Shown here: positions 51,286-58,782 of the stretch, one piece after another | How positions within the stretch are numbered: position 1 is the stretch's first letter | Layout: every line of letters starts with the position of its first letter | NCBI GenBank assembly: GCA_035507615.1 | Contig: DATJNX010000078.1 | Span: forward strand, 31,244-95,243 | Direction of reading: 5' to 3' | DNA: 64,000 nt | DNA from: Streptosporangiaceae bacterium | GTDB taxonomy: Bacteria; Actinomycetota; Actinomycetes; Streptosporangiales; Streptosporangiaceae | Notes under the pieces: model-generated | Told to the model about the DNA's origin: nothing | What the model saw: only the letters and a program-made list of their open reading frames with translations | Databases searched by the model: none | Made by a program: the position numbers and the translations under genes

Positions 51286-52962
51286 ATGCCCGGTGCGCGC
51301 GGGATGGAGGAGAACGTGACCGCTGAAGCCGAGGCCGTGTCCCCGGCCGAGCTCAGCTCCCTGCCGACCTGCACGCTCAGCGCGAGCCAGCTCGGCGACC
51401 TTGAGCTGCTGTTGTCCGGCGCGTTCGCGCCACTGGCCGGATTCATGACGATGGCCGATGCGGCCGCGGTCGGGCAGTCGTGGCAGCTCGCCGATGGAAC
51501 CCCGTTTCCTGGCGTAGTAACCCTGGATGTCCCCGCGGCTGCGCTGCCTGCGGCCGTGGAACTGTCAGATCGCCTGTTGCTCGCGGATCCGGAGGGTACG
51601 CCGATCGCGGTACTGACGATCCGAGAGCGAACGACGCTCGGCCCGGACGTGGCGCCCCCTGACGGGCTGCATCCGATGGCGCTGACCGATTCTGCTCATA
51701 CCACCCTGGTGCGGCTGGCCGGAACGGTGTCGGCGAGCCGGGTGCCGGAGCACGGGCCGTTCCGCAGGCTGATGCTGACTCCGGCAGCAAGCCGGGCGGA
51801 GCTTGGCGAAGGACCGGTGCTGGCTTTCGCGACCAGATCGCCGCTGACCAGCCGGCAGATCGGCCAGATCAGGCACCTGGCGGGTCAGCTGAAGGCGCAG
51901 GTCCTGATCCTGCCTCTGGTCGGCGGCCATGTCGACGTGGTGGGCTCGCCGCAAGCGCTCATCCGGGCAGTGCTGGCGGCCATGCCGAGCCTGCCACCGT
52001 TGGCGCGGGTCGTGCCGGTGCCGTTGCCGCCGCGGCCGGCACATCTGGCGGCAGGTCACGCGGACGGCCGCGCCCGCGAGATTGCCTTGCGAGCGCGGGT
52101 GGCTGCAGCGTACGGGGCGACGCACCTGATGGCAGACGGCAACGCTCCTGACGCAACGGACCTGCGAGCCAGCGCTGACCTGGCTGCCAGCGCGGTCATC
52201 CCGATCGTCCCGTCCGGCGACTGGGCCTATGACCCGCATGCGGAAGTGTGGCGACCACATGCGCTGATCGAGCCAGGGACGGAGCAAGAGGATCTGTCCG
52301 CCGACCAGCTCGGCGACTTGCTCGATGCGGGCACCGAGATCCCGCAGTGGGCAATGCCTGCTGCTGTCGCTCGCGAGCTGCGACGGGTACGGCGGCCTCG
52401 GTCGGAGCGGGGGCTTGTGCTGTTCCTGACCGGGCTATCCGGGTCGGGCAAGTCGACGATTGCCAGGGATCTGGCGGATGTGCTGACTGAGCGTAGCGAC
52501 CGGCAGGTTTCGCTGCTTGACGGCGACCTGGTCCGCCAGTTGCTGTCGGCTGGCCTGACCTTCTCGCGCGCGGACCGTGACCTCAACGTCGCCCGCATCG
52601 GCTTCGTGGCCGCGGAGGTCGCGCGGCATGGCGGCATCGCGATCTGCGCGCCGATCGCGCCGTTCGCGGCCGCCAGGGCGCAGGTCCGGCAGATGGTGAG
52701 CGAGGCCGGCGATTTCTTCCTGATCTATGTGGCGACGCCGGTAGAGGTCTGCGAGGCACGCGACCGGAAGGGTCTCTACGCGAAGGCGCGCGCCGGCCTG
52801 ATCGGGCAGTTCACCGGTGTGTCCGATCCCTACGAGGAGCCCGCCGACGCCGAGCTTGTCATCGATACCTCGACGGTCAGCCGGTCAGAGGCCGTGCAAG
52901 CGGTGCTTATGATGCTGACTTCCGGCGGCTGGCTGGCCGAGCAGGCAACGCCAGGCCGGTAG
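51286..52962 (+). CDS. cysC: Fusion: ATP-sulfurylase-like N-terminal domain (apparently degenerate) plus adenylylsulfate (APS) kinase
   Basis: The C-terminal ~190 aa have intact APS-kinase motifs: GLSGSGKST (about 52440), LLDGDLVR, KGLYAKARAG and FTGVSDPYE. The N-terminal ~370 aa resemble the PUA-like plus ATP sulfurylase fold. Confidence 0.8.
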   Translation: MPGARGMEENVTAEAEAVSPAELSSLPTCTLSASQLGDLELLLSGAFAPLAGFMTMADAAAVGQSWQLADGTPFPGVVTLDVPAAALPAAVELSDRLLLADPEGTPIAVLTIRERTTLGPDVAPPDGLHPMALTDSAHTTLVRLAGTVSASRVPEHGPFRRLMLTPAASRAELGEGPVLAFATRSPLTSRQIGQIRHLAGQLKAQVLILPLVGGHVDVVGSPQALIRAVLAAMPSLPPLARVVPVPLPPRPAHLAAGHADGRAREIALRARVAAAYGATHLMADGNAPDATDLRASADLAASAVIPIVPSGDWAYDPHAEVWRPHALIEPGTEQEDLSADQLGDLLDAGTEIPQWAMPAAVARELRRVRRPRSERGLVLFLTGLSGSGKSTIARDLADVLTERSDRQVSLLDGDLVRQLLSAGLTFSRADRDLNVARIGFVAAEVARHGGIAICAPIAPFAAARAQVRQMVSEAGDFFLIYVATPVEVCEARDRKGLYAKARAGLIGQFTGVSDPYEEPADAELVIDTSTVSRSEAVQAVLMMLTSGGWLAEQATPGR

Positions 52963-53035
52963 TCGCCTGCCTGCTGGCCGGCCGAGCGGGAGGGGCGTCG
53001 CAGGGCGGGAGCCGGTGCCGGCCGCCAGTTCAGGT

Positions 53036-53278
53036 CTAGTCGATGTCCTCAGACCTGGTGCCCGCGTCCAGCTTCGAGTGGAACCGGCTGATGCGGCCGG
53101 ACAACGACGTCGACATCCGGTCACGCAGCCTGGAGAGCAGCGGCAGGCTGACGATTGCGCTGATGATCAGTGCTACCAGGAGCAGCGGAATGCCCCTCAT
53201 CCCGGCCAGCGCAAGGATGAGGGCAGCGGCCACGAAAATCAGCAGCCGTAGCAATGTGTAAGTCAATGTCGCGCGCAT
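53036..53278 (-). CDS. DUF4229-like small membrane protein
   Basis: MRATLTYTLLRLLIFVAAALILALAG...LLLVALIISAIVSLPLLSRLRD is the two-TM pattern of DUF4229. Only the last 80 codons of ORF 53036..53956 are taken as real. Confidence 0.65.
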   Translation of the reverse strand: MRATLTYTLLRLLIFVAAALILALAGMRGIPLLLVALIISAIVSLPLLSRLRDRMSTSLSGRISRFHSKLDAGTRSEDID

Positions 53279-53413
53279 GACAGTACGAGCGTAGTGCACG
53301 AGAGCCATCATCCTTGCTGGGCGTCCAGATGACAGCCGCCGCAGAGTCCGGTGCCCGCACCGGCGCGCCGTCTGCCCTGCGCGAGCCGGCCGCACCCGCC
53401 TGGTCTGCGTAGC

Positions 53414-53627
53414 CGCCAGATGCCAGCGCCGACGGACCAGTTCCGCTACATGCCGCCCGCCGCAGTTACCCCCGCGCCGGATGCCAGCGCCGACCGACCT
53501 ACGCTCCGCCGCCGGCCGACGGACCAGTTCCGCTACCCGCCACCCGCCGCAGTTACCCCCGCGCCGGATGCCAGCGCCGACCGACCTAAGCTCCGCCGCC
53601 GGCCGACGGACCAGTTCCGCTACCCGC
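53414..53627. repeat. 87-bp tandem repeat, about 2.3 copies plus a partial leading copy
   Basis: gacggaccagttccgctac recurs at 53431, 53518 and 53605. Copies 1 and 2 differ at about 4 positions. Confidence 0.9.
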
Positions 53628-54109
53628 TCACGGGATCTGCGCCGGGCCGGCCTAGGACGGCCGCCCCCCACAATTGCCGCTAACCGCCCCAGCCGCGCGC
53701 CGCAAGACCGGCACCCCGGCGCCGCGTTCGCCCACATTTCACGGATTCTTGCCGCCTGAAACGGGGCAAACCATCCCAGGAAGCGGACAAGATCGATGAA
53801 ATGTCGGTGGCGAGTCGGCTGCAGGCTGCGGGAGCCGCCGAGCCGTAACTGAAAGCCACGCGGCATGCGTTCTCCGTGCTCGCCGCGACGCGGAATGCGT
53901 TCTCCGCACTCGCCGCGACGCCGTCTGATCTCCGTGCGACGCCGAACCTGGCTCATGACCGGTCACTTGACGGCAAACGGGACACCGGGCTTGACTGAAG
54001 GTTCAGGCGGAATATTCCGAATCAAGGGATAAAGCTGTCGTTTGTGGCTAAGTTCGCGAGTTTCTGCGACACTTATGGACTGACCCTCAGGGACCAGGGA
54101 GTAAACACG

Positions 54110-54307
54110 ATGGACGGCAACAGTGAGCGCCTGCTCACTCCGGGGGAAGTAGCCGCACTCTTCAGAGTCGACCCTAAGACTGTCACCAGGTGGGCCGCAT
54201 CGGGGCGGATTAGCAGCATCCGGACACCAGGCGGCCACCGCCGGTTCAGGGAGACCGAAGTGCGTGACCTCCTCGACGGAAGCCCTGACACAGCGGAGGC
54301 CGGCTGA
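54110..54307 (+). CDS. bldC: BldC-like small MerR/excisionase-type DNA-binding protein
   Basis: LLTPGEVAALFRVDPKTVTRWAASGRISSIRTPGGHRRFRETEVRDLL closely resembles Streptomyces BldC as I remember it. GGGAG RBS before ATG 54110. Confidence 0.8.
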   Translation: MDGNSERLLTPGEVAALFRVDPKTVTRWAASGRISSIRTPGGHRRFRETEVRDLLDGSPDTAEAG

Positions 54308-54337
54308 GGTAGGTCCTGGCCGGGCGGCTGACCAGCT

Positions 54338-54353
54338 ATCCGCGGTCGCGGAT
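54338..54353 (+). terminator. Short hairpin ATCCGC-GGTC-GCGGAT 30 nt after the bldC-like stop (weak terminator candidate)
   Basis: Perfect 6-bp stem with a 4-nt loop. A T-containing stretch (cctttat) follows about 15 nt later. Confidence 0.25.
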
Positions 54354-54608
54354 CCGGCCGAACCTTTATGCGGACGGGGCTCAGGCTTATCGATCAGGCA
54401 CGTCGCGACTGCTGCTCGGCGGCGGCCGCGACGGCGGGACTCTCACCAACCGATCCGCACGTCGACGGCATCAGGCTGAGCGATCACGCTCAGGCTTATC
54501 GATCACCCGTGACGCTCGGTTCTGTCTCCTTTGGTTCGGGCCTGCGGTTCTGGCCATGCTCAGATGCGAGCCGCGCGGCCGGGCGGCGCCATGCAGCGTG
54601 CGTCGCGG

Positions 54609-54875
54609 CTACGGTCCGTGGTTCCAGCCGCCCTCGGCTCCGTGGCGCGCCAGGTAGTCGAGAAACTCGCGGCGCAGCGCCTCATCGCCGTCCCGCCAGC
54701 GCTGCCGGCGCGCGGACTCTTCTTCCGGGGTGATGGCCTGCGCTGCCAGGCGCGCATAGTCGGCGTGCTCGGGGCCGATCTCCACGTAAGCGTCGCCGAG
54801 AACCCGGTCGCCGGGCTGTGCGGCTGCATACTCAGGAACCAGCAGGTTCCCGCTGGCTAGCCGGATCACGAACAT
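54609..54875 (-). CDS. Small hypothetical protein (88 aa) co-transcribed with the ATLF-like metalloprotease (candidate partner/immunity/inhibitor)
   Basis: ATG 54875 lies 13 nt after the upstream TAA, with a GAGG RBS. Third-position GC bias is coding-like. No family recognised. Confidence 0.6.
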   Translation of the reverse strand: MFVIRLASGNLLVPEYAAAQPGDRVLGDAYVEIGPEHADYARLAAQAITPEEESARRQRWRDGDEALRREFLDYLARHGAEGGWNHGP

Positions 54876-54888
54876 CGCATGGACCTCG

Positions 54889-55998
54889 TTAAATGCCGTA
54901 GCGCACGTTGAAATAGAGCATTACGTCGAGCGCCGTCCTGGTATCGCCGGAGAGCATCTCGACCAGCGCCGGACGCTGACCGGACGCGATTGCCGCGAAC
55001 GCGTCGGCGAAGAATTCCCGGCGGCCAAGCGAGCTATCGCTGCGGTGGAACTCGCTGGCGAGATGCGCGGCGCAGCGGTCGTACAGCACTGCGAAGTCGA
55101 CCGAGTCGGACTGCCACGTGCCATCGCAGCCATCGATGTCATCGAGTGCGTGCCCGACTTCGTGACAGGTCACATCGGGCGTGGGCGACGGACGGGAGCC
55201 GATGATTATCTTCCGGTCGCCGTACGCACCCGCGCATGCATCCCAGGTCGCCCGTCCGGACGGCAGCGGTACGCCCTTGAGCCCGCCCATGTGATCGAGG
55301 TCAGGCACGCCTCCTGGCCCGACGTGAATGGCATCCAGCCCCGCCGCGAGCTTCTCCTTGATCAGCTGAGGCAAGTTCGCGAGCCGGTGGATGGCAGTGA
55401 CGATCTCCGGCGCCGGTACCGCGCTCGACACCCACTCCCGGACCAGCAACCGCTCGAGGCAACCGCAGTCGCGCATGCCGAGATCAGCGTGGCTGGACCG
55501 CGCTTTCGCGTACCAGGGCAGTTCGTCGGCAACGGCCGACTCGCGCGCCGCGCTCGCCATCGCCGCGCCGGGCGGTCGTGCCGTCCCGGCCGATCGCCCG
55601 GTGGCAGCCGGCCGGGATATGTTCGCGACGCCGGCCACCGGAGCCGAGCCAGGTGCCGCCTTGATGGCGGCCCGGGCAGCGGCTCGGCCGGTGACGGCAC
55701 GGTGCGCTCCGGGGCGACCGGCAGGCCGCGCGGCGGGCCAGGTCGTTGCCGATGCTACGGTCCGCTTCGTGGCCGTCCCGGTCAGCTGGCTCGCCGGAGG
55801 CTGGCTCGCCGGAGGCCGGCCGGTTCGACTTGGCCCCGGCTGGCCGACGCTGGCCTGGCCATCAGAAGCCTGGCCATCAGAAGCCTGGCCGCTAGCTGCC
55901 CGGCCGACGCCGGCGTTCGCCCGACGGCCCGTCTGGCCGGTAGCCCCGCGACCGCGGCCTGGCCACCAGCTGCGACCGCGAAATAACCGAAGCAGCAT
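54889..55998 (-). CDS. Anthrax-lethal-factor-like (ATLF-type) zinc metalloprotease domain protein with disordered repeat-rich N-terminus
   Basis: HEVGH is encoded at 55150-55164 and REFFADAF at 54997-55017 (Glu 49 residues after the first His). The N-terminal ~146 aa are Arg/Gly/Ala/Pro-rich. An alternative start is ATG 55560. Confidence 0.7.
   Translation of the reverse strand: MLLRLFRGRSWWPGRGRGATGQTGRRANAGVGRAASGQASDGQASDGQASVGQPGPSRTGRPPASQPPASQLTGTATKRTVASATTWPAARPAGRPGAHRAVTGRAAARAAIKAAPGSAPVAGVANISRPAATGRSAGTARPPGAAMASAARESAVADELPWYAKARSSHADLGMRDCGCLERLLVREWVSSAVPAPEIVTAIHRLANLPQLIKEKLAAGLDAIHVGPGGVPDLDHMGGLKGVPLPSGRATWDACAGAYGDRKIIIGSRPSPTPDVTCHEVGHALDDIDGCDGTWQSDSVDFAVLYDRCAAHLASEFHRSDSSLGRREFFADAFAAIASGQRPALVEMLSGDTRTALDVMLYFNVRYGI
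55786..55815 (-). repeat. 15-bp in-frame tandem repeat x2 (PPASQ PPASQ)
   Basis: ctggctcgccggagg x2 on the + strand. Confidence 0.9.
55854..55890 (-). repeat. 15-bp in-frame tandem repeat x2.5 (GQASD GQASD GQAS)
   Basis: cctggccatcagaag x2 plus a partial copy on the + strand. Confidence 0.9.
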
Positions 55999-56211
55999 CC
56001 ATCAGCCCCACTGTGGGAAATATCACGAACGGCGTTCAGGCAAGTCACCGTAGCTGTCAGGTTATGCCTCGTTCGTGGCGATGTCAGCTAGATGTAACGG
56101 AACGTCACCGCCCGGCAGAGGGCCGTGCTCGCCGCTGGCGACACGCCGGCCAGTCGGACAGATCATGCATTTCATGACCGGGGACCATGCTTTAGCAGCT
56201 AGGCTGCGGGC

Positions 56212-56628
56212 ATGTGGCTGGCTTGTGCTCTTATCGTCCTATTTAGCGTTGGCTTCGTGCTGCCGTGCATGCTCGACATCACGATGACGCCGGATTCGGA
56301 GTTCACAACCTTCAGCAAAGGCACCTGGCTGGTGATCGCCGGAGCCTTCTGGATCTTCGGCGCCGGCGCCTGGCTGCTGGTCGGCCGCCCTCAGCGGCTC
56401 GGCATCCACCGGTCGAACCCGTACGCAGCCGGTGGCTTCGGGCCGTCCGAGGCCCTGCTCCGGCACCCTGCCACCAGGGCAGCAGCCGGCTACGGAGAGC
56501 CGTTCGGTCCCGTCGGCCTTGTCGAGCGGCGTCCGCTTGGGCCGGACGATGACCAGGACTTCCTCGTAGAACTGGGCCGCCGCATTCGCGAGTCGCGTGA
56601 GGGCTCGTTAGCTCGCCGCGCGATGTAG
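56212..56628 (+). CDS. Small membrane protein, PLD-nuclease-N-terminal (PLDc_N)-domain-like
   Basis: Two TM helices (LACALIVLFSVGFVLPCMLDI, WLVIAGAFWIFGAGAWLLVGRP) followed by a soluble tail. The family call is tentative. Confidence 0.55.
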   Translation: MWLACALIVLFSVGFVLPCMLDITMTPDSEFTTFSKGTWLVIAGAFWIFGAGAWLLVGRPQRLGIHRSNPYAAGGFGPSEALLRHPATRAAAGYGEPFGPVGLVERRPLGPDDDQDFLVELGRRIRESREGSLARRAM

Positions 56629-56637
56629 CTCGGTCTG

Positions 56638-57012
56638 CTAACCCAGCCTGAGCGGCACGCTCATGAACGGGTCAATGTTGTAGGCCAGGCTGACGCGATG
56701 ATAACCGTCAGCTATGTCCGCGCCCGCCTTCTGATCGCACACCAGAACGGGCGACAGCTTCTCGCCGCTGAGCAGCTTCAGCAGGTCACGCCGCACGCCA
56801 GGATCAGTCAGCGGAAGCGGCGTCAGGCCGGTGGCACGCAAGATGTCATTGGCGCGCCGCGAGGTTAGCTTGGCCTTCTTCATCCGATCGACGATCTCGC
56901 CAGCGCGTTTCTCGTCGAACTTAAGCGACAGGTAGTTGTAAGCCGCCTCGTAGTCGTGTTCTGCCACGTCATCGAGCCATCTGATGGCTGGTTTGCTCAT
57001 CGATCCTGCCAC
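56638..57012 (-). CDS. Hypothetical protein with ParB/Srx-like motif (..SPVLVCDQ....IADGYHRVSLAY)
   Basis: The pattern resembles the ParB N-terminal/sulfiredoxin fold core (hydrophobic strand, then DGxHR). Weak by-eye call. Start is ATG 57012 or ATG 57000. Confidence 0.45.
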   Translation of the reverse strand: MAGSMSKPAIRWLDDVAEHDYEAAYNYLSLKFDEKRAGEIVDRMKKAKLTSRRANDILRATGLTPLPLTDPGVRRDLLKLLSGEKLSPVLVCDQKAGADIADGYHRVSLAYNIDPFMSVPLRLG

Positions 57013-57023
57013 CCCCGTAGTGA

Positions 57024-57614
57024 TCAGTCCGGTTGACCCGGCGCCGCGGTGTCTGCGGCGGTCGCCTCAGTGCGCTCAGGCCTGCGGACGATCGCAGCGA
57101 ACTCATGCCACAGACCGATATCCGGCCCGCCGATCAGCTCCCACGAGCGCGCGATCCCGATCAGTGCGCAGACGACGACCAGAGTCGCGATTGTCTGCAT
57201 CGCGCTCGTGTCGCGCGGCCGGGCCATGACGTCGAGGCCCTGGATCAGCTGGATAACCAACGTAACTGCCAGGCCGACCAAAAACAGCGCATCGTTCACA
57301 GCAGACCACCGGACCTGGCGCAAGCGGATCAGCGACAGCAGCGACGCAAGCACGAACAGCAGTCCCACGATCGATACGGCCAGAGCGGTCGGGCCGATCT
57401 TCTGCCCTGGAATGAGGGAGAACATCGACACCACTAGCGCATTGGCGAACGCGGTAAGCGCAGCCGAAGCGCGGATGCGGTGAATCTGCGTTCCCGCGGT
57501 CTCCCGGCCGAGCCGCCCGGCCGACACCGAGATGGCCACGAACAGCAGGCCGATCAGCGCGCCCGCAACGCTGGTACTCGCGAGAAAGAAGTCGCGGAGC
57601 GATTCCGGTACCAC
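57024..57614 (-). CDS. Hypothetical integral membrane protein (about 5 TM)
   Basis: Hydrophobic helices throughout (SVAGALIGLLFVAISV, ALTAFANALVVSMFSLI, ALAVSIVGLLFVLASLLSLI, LFLVGLAVTLVIQLI, TLVVVCALIGIA). 27 nt downstream of ccsB on the same strand. Confidence 0.55.
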   Translation of the reverse strand: MVPESLRDFFLASTSVAGALIGLLFVAISVSAGRLGRETAGTQIHRIRASAALTAFANALVVSMFSLIPGQKIGPTALAVSIVGLLFVLASLLSLIRLRQVRWSAVNDALFLVGLAVTLVIQLIQGLDVMARPRDTSAMQTIATLVVVCALIGIARSWELIGGPDIGLWHEFAAIVRRPERTEATAADTAAPGQPD

Positions 57615-57641
57615 AGTGACAATTCTGGCAGCGGTTGCTGC

Positions 57642-58775
57642 TCAGCTCATCCCGGCGTAGGAGTGCAGGCCGGTGATCCACAGGTTGACGCCGATCACGT
57701 TGAACATCAGACAGGCGAACCCGGCCAGGTGGATCCAGGCAGCCCGGCGGCCACGCCAGCCTGCCGTCGCCCTGGCGTGGAGGAACATGGCATACACAAC
57801 CCAGGTGATGAACGACCACGTCTCTTTCGGGTCCCAGCCCCAGTACCGGCCCCAGGCATGGTCAGCCCAGATCGCTCCCGCCATGACACCGAAGGTCCAG
57901 ACGGGGAACCCGAAAAGGACACTGCGATAAGACAACCGATCAAGGATGGAGGGAACGGGCAGGTGTCGCCAGATGCCTGCCGACCATGACGGTAGTCCGG
58001 CTGCGAGGCGACGCTGGCTGCGGTCCGTCAGCAGGTACAGGGTGGTAACCACGGCGCCGAAGATGAACAGTCCGATCGCCACGATCATCGCGGTCACGTG
58101 AATCGCGATCCAGTACGATTGCAGCGCCGGGACTAGCGCACCGGCTGGCGTGTAAATCCAGGTCAGGTCGATGCCGAGAGCAAGCACCACGGGCAGTAGC
58201 ACGAACAGGCCCATGTAATAGGCCCGGTACCAGACCGAAGCGGCTATCAGCACCAGGACAGCCATGCAGGTGAACGCGCCGATGAACTCGTACATGTTGC
58301 CCCATGGCACGCGGTGCTCGGCAAGGCCGCGAGTCAGGATGGCCAACACGTGCAGGACGACTCCGGTGCACGTCAGGCCAAATGCGAGCCGGAGCCAGAA
58401 GCCCGACGGCCAGCGGCTCGCGGGCGCATTGTCCGACGGGCCGCCGTGAGATGTGAGGCCGGCGGCCCCGGCCACCGCAGCCGTTCCCGCGCCCGCACTG
58501 CCTTGCCGACCGCCGATGGCCAACGAAGCCGCACCTGCCTGCGAAGCTCCGCTGGCCGGTGCTGACCCGCTGCCAGCGCCCGCCGTCACCAGCTCAGGCA
58601 TGGCCGCAGCTTCGGGCGCCGCCGCACCGGCGTCAGCCTCCCCGGTACCCGCGATGACCCGGTGCCTGGCAAAAGCGAAGTCCGACGCGTAGCACAGCAT
58701 TGCCAGCGCGTACAGAATCAGCGTGCTGAGCAGCAGCCCGTTGCTGAAGTCAGCCAGTGTCGTGTTGACGGGCAT
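57642..58775 (-). CDS. ccsB: Cytochrome c biogenesis protein CcsB/ResC (System II heme handling)
   Basis: WGRYWGWDPKETWSFITW tryptophan-rich heme motif. An Ala/Gly-rich ~85-aa insertion follows TM1. Confidence 0.9.
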   Translation of the reverse strand: MPVNTTLADFSNGLLLSTLILYALAMLCYASDFAFARHRVIAGTGEADAGAAAPEAAAMPELVTAGAGSGSAPASGASQAGAASLAIGGRQGSAGAGTAAVAGAAGLTSHGGPSDNAPASRWPSGFWLRLAFGLTCTGVVLHVLAILTRGLAEHRVPWGNMYEFIGAFTCMAVLVLIAASVWYRAYYMGLFVLLPVVLALGIDLTWIYTPAGALVPALQSYWIAIHVTAMIVAIGLFIFGAVVTTLYLLTDRSQRRLAAGLPSWSAGIWRHLPVPSILDRLSYRSVLFGFPVWTFGVMAGAIWADHAWGRYWGWDPKETWSFITWVVYAMFLHARATAGWRGRRAAWIHLAGFACLMFNVIGVNLWITGLHSYAGMS

Positions 58776-58782
58776 CGGAGCC

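Noticed and set aside
53414-53627. CRISPR array?
   Set aside because: The units are directly abutting 87-bp repeats without unique spacers, and no cas genes are nearby. It is a minisatellite, not a CRISPR array.
53279-53956. Upstream 226 codons of the 306-aa minus-strand ORF.
   Set aside because: Only the last 80 codons resemble a DUF4229 membrane protein starting at MRATLTY. The rest is Arg-rich and crosses the 87-bp repeat. It is treated as a high-GC open frame, with coding status left open in the repeat finding.
55045-55986. 313-aa ORF on the + strand (also 55391-56053).
   Set aside because: It is antisense to the ATLF-like gene. Only the minus frame yields the HExxH...EFFADAF zincin motifs.
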